Source: an uncultured Candidatus Saccharibacteria bacterium (GTDB taxonomy: Bacteria; Patescibacteriota; Minisyncoccia; Phycocordibacterales; Phycocordibacteraceae). From it: a stretch of 64,000 bases of DNA. Of the stretch, positions 59,244-64,000 are shown one piece after another; within the stretch, counting starts at the first letter, position 1, and each line of letters opens with the position of its first letter. The stretch lies in contig CAZQGQ010000001.1 of assembly GCA_964593365.1 (NCBI GenBank), positions 50,153 to 114,152 on the forward strand. The letters are read 5' to 3'. The translations under genes were made by a program, and so were the position numbers. The notes under the pieces are model-generated. The model saw only the letters and a list, made by a program, of their open reading frames with translations, searched no databases and was not told the DNA's origin.

Positions 59244-59963
59244 ATGGGTCTCTCCTTACTTCAGCTCGCCGAGATCGTCATCGTAGTAGCGCTTTTGGGC
59301 GTCGTGACGTATTGGTCAGCCAATACCTTTATGAAAGCCCGGGCGTCAAAGGCAATCATGGAAGACACGGTTCCGTTTAAGAACGAAACAGAGGATCATC
59401 GAGCGACCTTGCTTGTCATCGGGGATTCAACGGGAGTCGGAGTCGGAGCAGATAAGCCAGAAGACACGGTTCCCGCATTGCTTGCCCACTACCTTGGCGC
59501 AACGCATGTCGAGAACCTTTCGGTGACCGGTGCGGGCGTTGAAGATCTTCCGAAACAAATCGCACAAGCGAAACTCGCACGCTACGACACCATCCTTATA
59601 CAGGCAGGCGGCAATAACATACTCGCCTTCGATGATGTGCGTTGGGCCGGGCGCGTGCTCGGAGACGTACTTGCCGACCTTCCGAAAGCCGACAAGAGAA
59701 TCCTTATGTCTGCGGGAAATGCAGGAGGCGCGACCATCTTCCCGCCGCCCGTGCGCCCCTTCCATACCTGGGTCAACAAGCGCTATCACAAGGAATTCGA
59801 GCGCGTCGCTCACGCTTGGGGCGTAACCTATGTAAACCTGTACGAATCTCCCGAAACCGACCCGTTTCTTAAAAATCCCGGCTACTACCTCTCTGAAGAC
59901 GGGCTCCATCCTTCCTCCGAAGGGTACAAGCTCTGGTTCGAGAAAGTGAAGGAAGCGCTGTAG
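59244..59963 (+). CDS. Membrane-anchored SGNH/GDSL hydrolase
   Basis: IGDST, GGNN, DGLHPS. Confidence 0.9.
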   Translation: MGLSLLQLAEIVIVVALLGVVTYWSANTFMKARASKAIMEDTVPFKNETEDHRATLLVIGDSTGVGVGADKPEDTVPALLAHYLGATHVENLSVTGAGVEDLPKQIAQAKLARYDTILIQAGGNNILAFDDVRWAGRVLGDVLADLPKADKRILMSAGNAGGATIFPPPVRPFHTWVNKRYHKEFERVAHAWGVTYVNLYESPETDPFLKNPGYYLSEDGLHPSSEGYKLWFEKVKEAL

Positions 59964-60039
59964 GTTGGCTCTGTTTGCATTCCGAAAGGGCCTCCTATAT
60001 AGTGTCTTCAATCCCGCTAGGGCGGGATTTTATCTACAA

Positions 60040-60450
60040 ATGGCAACCATCAACCAGCTTGCAAAGAAGCGCCGCAAGGACAAACCACGAAAATCAAAGG
60101 TCGTGGCACTTGGTCGTGGGTTCAACCATCTTGAAAACCGCCCTACGTTCTATCCAGCTCCGTTCAAGCGCGGTGTCTGCACAAAAGTGACCACGAAGAC
60201 CCCTCGCAAGCCGAACTCTGCTATCCGTAAGATCGCTCGCGTACGCCTTACTAACGGCATGGAAGTGACAGCCTACATCCCAGGAGAAGGGCACAACCTC
60301 CAGGAGCACTCCGTGGTCATGCTTCGCGGTGGCCGTGTGAAGGACATCGGTGTCCAGTACACCATCGTTCGTGGACGCCTTGATACCGCCGGCATCGAGA
60401 AGCGCCGCCGCGGACGATCCCGTTACGGAGCTAAGAAGCCAAAGGCATAA
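60040..60450 (+). CDS. rpsL: 30S ribosomal protein S12
   Basis: [31 protein letters not shown]. Confidence 0.97.
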   Translation: MATINQLAKKRRKDKPRKSKVVALGRGFNHLENRPTFYPAPFKRGVCTKVTTKTPRKPNSAIRKIARVRLTNGMEVTAYIPGEGHNLQEHSVVMLRGGRVKDIGVQYTIVRGRLDTAGIEKRRRGRSRYGAKKPKA

Positions 60451-60462
60451 TTTTCATAGACC

Positions 60463-60927
60463 ATGCGACGCCCCATCAAGAACAAGCATCCTCGCGTTCC
60501 AGACGCTGAATACAAATCAGAAGCGATCACGCGCTTTATTAATACCGTCATGCTCTCGGGCAAGAAGGATACGGCTCGCCGTGTCGTCTACGCTGCGCTC
60601 AACAAGATAAAAGCAGATGGCGTTGATCCGCTTGAGACCTTTGAGACTGCAATCCGCAACGTGTCTCCGCTCATGGAAGTCCGCTCACGACGTGTCGGAG
60701 GCGCAAACTACCAGGTTCCTCGCGAAGTGCCCCAGCAGCGCCGCGTATCGCTTGCGTACCGCTGGCTCATCAACGCAGCACGCGCAAAGAAAGGAAAGCC
60801 GATGCACGAGAAGCTTGCCGCTGAGATTTTGATGGCTGCTAAGAACGAAGGAGAAGCAATCAAGAAGAAAGACGACATGCACCGCATGGCAGAAGCCAAC
60901 AAGGCGTTCGCCCACTTCGCCTGGTAA
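60463..60927 (+). CDS. rpsG: 30S ribosomal protein S7
   Basis: RRVGGANYQVP, HRMAEANKAFAH. Confidence 0.97.
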   Translation: MRRPIKNKHPRVPDAEYKSEAITRFINTVMLSGKKDTARRVVYAALNKIKADGVDPLETFETAIRNVSPLMEVRSRRVGGANYQVPREVPQQRRVSLAYRWLINAARAKKGKPMHEKLAAEILMAAKNEGEAIKKKDDMHRMAEANKAFAHFAW

Positions 60928-60930
60928 AAC

Positions 60931-60954
60931 AAAAACCGCCTTCGGGCGGTTTTT
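60931..60954. terminator. Bidirectional terminator after rpsG
   Basis: AAAAACCGCC-TTCG-GGCGGTTTTT. Confidence 0.8.
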
Positions 60955-61219
60955 AGTTGTCATTCGCTGCTTCGTTCGGATCCTCGTCACTAATAAGAGG
61001 AGGAGCGAGCGAGAAGCCTTTTTGGGTAAGGATCGGCTCGAGGTCTCCCTCAGCCTCCCATTCCGTGCCGTTTTCGTCCCACGCAAGGGTAGACGCGGAA
61101 TCAATGCCGGTAAATATATCGAAGGTCAGCGGTATGCCTTTCGATTCCGATCCGTCCCGGACCCGTTTAAATGATAGACCCTGAAGAATCTCGGACGCCT
61201 TTGGTATGCCTTCTCCCAT
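60953..61219 (-). CDS. Small acidic hypothetical protein
   Basis: MGEGIPK...EAANDN ORF ending at the terminator. Confidence 0.55.
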   Translation of the reverse strand: MGEGIPKASEILQGLSFKRVRDGSESKGIPLTFDIFTGIDSASTLAWDENGTEWEAEGDLEPILTQKGFSLAPPLISDEDPNEAANDN

Positions 61220-61323
61220 AGTCGCTTCAGGGTAGCACAACCGCTCCTGAAGTTGCTTTTTAGCTCCCGAATCAGTATCTTGTAGTTAACGCCTCGGCGC
61301 CTTTTTATTTACACATCTACTCT

Positions 61324-63471
61324 ATGAATCGCGATTATCCACTCGAGAAAGTCCGCAACTTCGGTATCGTCGCCCACGTTGACGCTGGGAAGACCACCAC
61401 GTCTGAACGCGTGCTTTTCTACACGGGCTCACAGCACAAGATCGGAGAAGTGCACGAAGGCGAGACTACGACCGACTGGATGGAACAGGAGCGCGAGCGC
61501 GGCATCACGATTACCGCAGCCGCTATTACCTGCTTCTGGACGCGAACGAATGAGCCGGATAAAAAGGACACCGCTAAGAAGTACCGCTTCAACGTTATCG
61601 ACACCCCGGGCCACATCGACTTCACTGCAGAAGTGAAGCGCTCTATGCGTGTCTTGGACGGCGCCATCGTCGTCTTTGACGGCGTTGCCGGCGTTGAGCC
61701 TCAGTCAGAAACCAACTGGCGTTACGCTGACGAAGCGAAGGTTCCGCGCGTCTGCTTCATCAACAAGCTCGATCGCACCGGCGCATCGTTCGAAGACTCA
61801 TATGCTTCGATCCTCGACCGACTCTCAAAGAAGGCGGTCCGCATGCAGATCCCGATTGGTGCTGAAGGAAACTTCGAAGGCGTCGTCGACCTCCTCACCA
61901 TGAAGGCATTTAGCTTCAGCGGCAGCATGGGAGAGATCGTAACCGAAGGAGAAATTCCTGCAGAACTTCTTGAAGAAGCTAAAAAGTTCCGCGCAGAATT
62001 GATCGAGCGCATCGTCGAGCATGATGAAGCACAGATGGCAGCTTTCTTCGAGGGCAATGAGCCATCAGTCGAGGAACTCAAGAAGACGCTCCGCAAGGCC
62101 GTCATCAATAACGAGATCTTCCCGGTCTACACGGGTTCAGCTCTTAAGAATAAGGGCGTGCAGCTCGTTCTCGACGCTGTCGTCGATTACCTCCCATCTC
62201 CAGTTGATTTGGCAGATGTAAAAGGTATCAACCCAAAGACAGGCGAGGAGATTACTCGAAAGGCAGACGACTCTGAGCCGTTTACCGCGCTTGCCTTCAA
62301 GCTCCAGACCGACCCATTCGTGGGAGCCCTTACCTTCTTCCGCGTGTACGCGGGAACCGTGTCCGCTGGTTCCTATATCTATAACGCAAACACGGGAACT
62401 AAGGAGCGTGTTGGTCGCATCGTGCGATTGCAGGCTGATAAGCGCGAAGAAGTGCAGCAGGTGTTTACCGGAGAAATCGCATCGTTTGTAGGTCTTAAGG
62501 ATACGAAGACGTCTCACACGCTCTGCGATGAGAACAATCCGATCATCCTCGAGCAGATCAAATTCCCAGAGCCAGTGGTGTCGCTTCGCATCGAGCCTGC
62601 AACGAAGGCCGACCAGGAGAAGATGGGTATCGCGCTTAAGAAATTGTCTGACGAAGATCCAACCTTCAAGATCTCTTCTGACGAGGAGACTGCCGAGACC
62701 ATCATCTCAGGCATGGGCGAGCTTCACCTCGAGATTCTCGTTGACCGCATGAAGCGCGAGTTTAGCGTCACTGCTAACGTCGGACGCCCCCAGGTGGCCT
62801 ACCGCGAGACGATCATGGGTTCTGCTGACGCTGAAGGAAAGTACATCAAGCAGACGGGAGGTAAGGGTCAGTACGGCCACGTGAAGATCAAGATGAAGCA
62901 CCTTGAGCCGCTTGATCCTGAGGCGAAGATCCCAAAGAACGTCACGCGTGAGGACCATTTCGAGTTCATCAACAACATCAAAGGAGGCGCGATTCCGGGA
63001 GAATTCATCAACCCGATCGAGAAGGGTATTCGCGAGGCAATGACCCGCGGCACGCTCGCCGGCTATCCGATGGTGGATGTCTCCGTTGACCTCTATGACG
63101 GTTCCTTCCACGATGTGGACTCCTCAGAAATCGCCTTCAAGATCGCAGCGTCCATGGCCTTCCAGGAAGCAGCTCTGAAGGCAAAGCCGGTTATCCTTGA
63201 GCCGATCATGAGCGTCGAAGTAGTCGTTCCTGAGCAGTTCATGGGTGACATCACAGGCTCTCTCTCCGCAAAGCGCGGAGCGATCGAAGGTATGGAGGAT
63301 CGCGGCATGAACAAGGCTATTCACGCCAAGGTGCCGCTCTCAGAAATGTTCGGGTTTACCACAACCCTTCGCTCTATGACTGAAGGACGCGGAAGCATGA
63401 CCATGGAATTCGACCACTATGAAGTGGTTCCAACCAACGTTGCGCAGGAAATCATCGCAGCGCGAAAATAA
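61324..63471 (+). CDS. fusA: Elongation factor G
   Basis: AHVDAGKTT, ERGITI, DTPGH, NKLD, GMGELHLE, FHDVDSSE. Confidence 0.98.
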   Translation: MNRDYPLEKVRNFGIVAHVDAGKTTTSERVLFYTGSQHKIGEVHEGETTTDWMEQERERGITITAAAITCFWTRTNEPDKKDTAKKYRFNVIDTPGHIDFTAEVKRSMRVLDGAIVVFDGVAGVEPQSETNWRYADEAKVPRVCFINKLDRTGASFEDSYASILDRLSKKAVRMQIPIGAEGNFEGVVDLLTMKAFSFSGSMGEIVTEGEIPAELLEEAKKFRAELIERIVEHDEAQMAAFFEGNEPSVEELKKTLRKAVINNEIFPVYTGSALKNKGVQLVLDAVVDYLPSPVDLADVKGINPKTGEEITRKADDSEPFTALAFKLQTDPFVGALTFFRVYAGTVSAGSYIYNANTGTKERVGRIVRLQADKREEVQQVFTGEIASFVGLKDTKTSHTLCDENNPIILEQIKFPEPVVSLRIEPATKADQEKMGIALKKLSDEDPTFKISSDEETAETIISGMGELHLEILVDRMKREFSVTANVGRPQVAYRETIMGSADAEGKYIKQTGGKGQYGHVKIKMKHLEPLDPEAKIPKNVTREDHFEFINNIKGGAIPGEFINPIEKGIREAMTRGTLAGYPMVDVSVDLYDGSFHDVDSSEIAFKIAASMAFQEAALKAKPVILEPIMSVEVVVPEQFMGDITGSLSAKRGAIEGMEDRGMNKAIHAKVPLSEMFGFTTTLRSMTEGRGSMTMEFDHYEVVPTNVAQEIIAARK

Positions 63472-63488
63472 GAAAGAAGGTTGAAATT

Positions 63489-63523
63489 GAAAACACCCCG
63501 TCCTTTCCGTTCGGGGTGTTTTC
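63489..63523. terminator. Terminator after fusA
   Basis: GAAAACACCCCG...CGGGGTGTTTTC. Confidence 0.75.
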
Positions 63524-63550
63524 GCATTTGCAGAGCAGCTTAGTTCGGAG

Positions 63551-63676
63551 TCACCCATGGGCGGCTCTCACGTCGTAGTCCTTGATGAACAGCGGTAAAA
63601 ACGCCATAGCACCAAAGACGAGGAACATGAAAGCGGTACCGATGAATGGTCCGATCGTTTGGATCACCTGGTCCAT
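63551..63676 (-). CDS. 41-aa single-TM peptide
   Basis: Hand translation MDQVIQTIGPFIGTAFMFLVFGAMAFLPLFIKDYDVRAAHG; AAGGA upstream; below the ORF-track cutoff. Confidence 0.45.
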   Translation of the reverse strand: MDQVIQTIGPFIGTAFMFLVFGAMAFLPLFIKDYDVRAAHG

Positions 63677-63839
63677 GACCAAGGTCCTTCTTCTGCAGAA
63701 GCGAGGTTGTGCTTCCATTTTTTACTATACCCTACGAGAAAGAAGCGAATGATGAATGGGGTCCAGTTATACCCACCTCCCAGGCTACGGACCCCCTTGC
63801 CAAATAGGCATAGTATGTGTGATAATCCACATTACCACT

Positions 63840-64000
63840 ATGGCTAGAGCTACTCTCGGGGGTATTTTTGAATCGAGCGCAAAGATTGCGGAGAAAAAGG
63901 CCCGTCTTGAAGCTGAAACGCCTGCAGCAGAAACCCCTGAAGCTATACGCGCAGCGGGAAGGAACTATCGTCGCTTTGAAGTCATGGCACGGCGCCCAGG
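63840..64000 (+). CDS. Hypothetical protein, runs off the window
   Basis: MARATLGGIFESSAKIAEKK... open to the window end; does not resemble EF-Tu. Confidence 0.4.
   Translation, partial: MARATLGGIFESSAKIAEKKARLEAETPAAETPEAIRAAGRNYRRFEVMARRP

Noticed and set aside
16961-60954. Recurrent AAACCGCC...GGCGGTTT hairpins as possible attC or REP elements
   Set aside because: They sit at 3' ends with A/T tails and vary in stem and loop, so they are adequately explained as intrinsic terminators. No integron integrase is seen.

Overview
The window reads as chromosome of a reduced-genome Patescibacteria/CPR bacterium (Parcubacteria-like, code 11). This is an inference from gene content and style. Core genes: xth, CCA-adding enzyme, 4 tRNAs, pseudouridine synthase, rarA, HU, rny, clpP, ppa, nusA, a type IV pilus cluster (pilB, pilC, three minor pilins), tpiA, pgk, recJ, rnhA, split comEC, sod, rpmB, rpsL-rpsG and fusA. 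A >1120-aa modular surface protein runs off the left edge. Several parS-like palindromes and a DnaA box at 4.4-5.7 kb suggest origin proximity. The standout feature is eight head-to-head modules, each a TrmB-like winged-helix regulator paired with a membrane-anchored LivJ-type substrate-binding protein (SBP). Six are packed around and between the genes of one livHMGF transporter. The intergenic spacers carry palindromes whose sequence tracks the neighbouring regulator's recognition helix, which suggests a modular, reshuffled ligand-sensing and uptake array. All calls come from reading the sequence; no searches were run.
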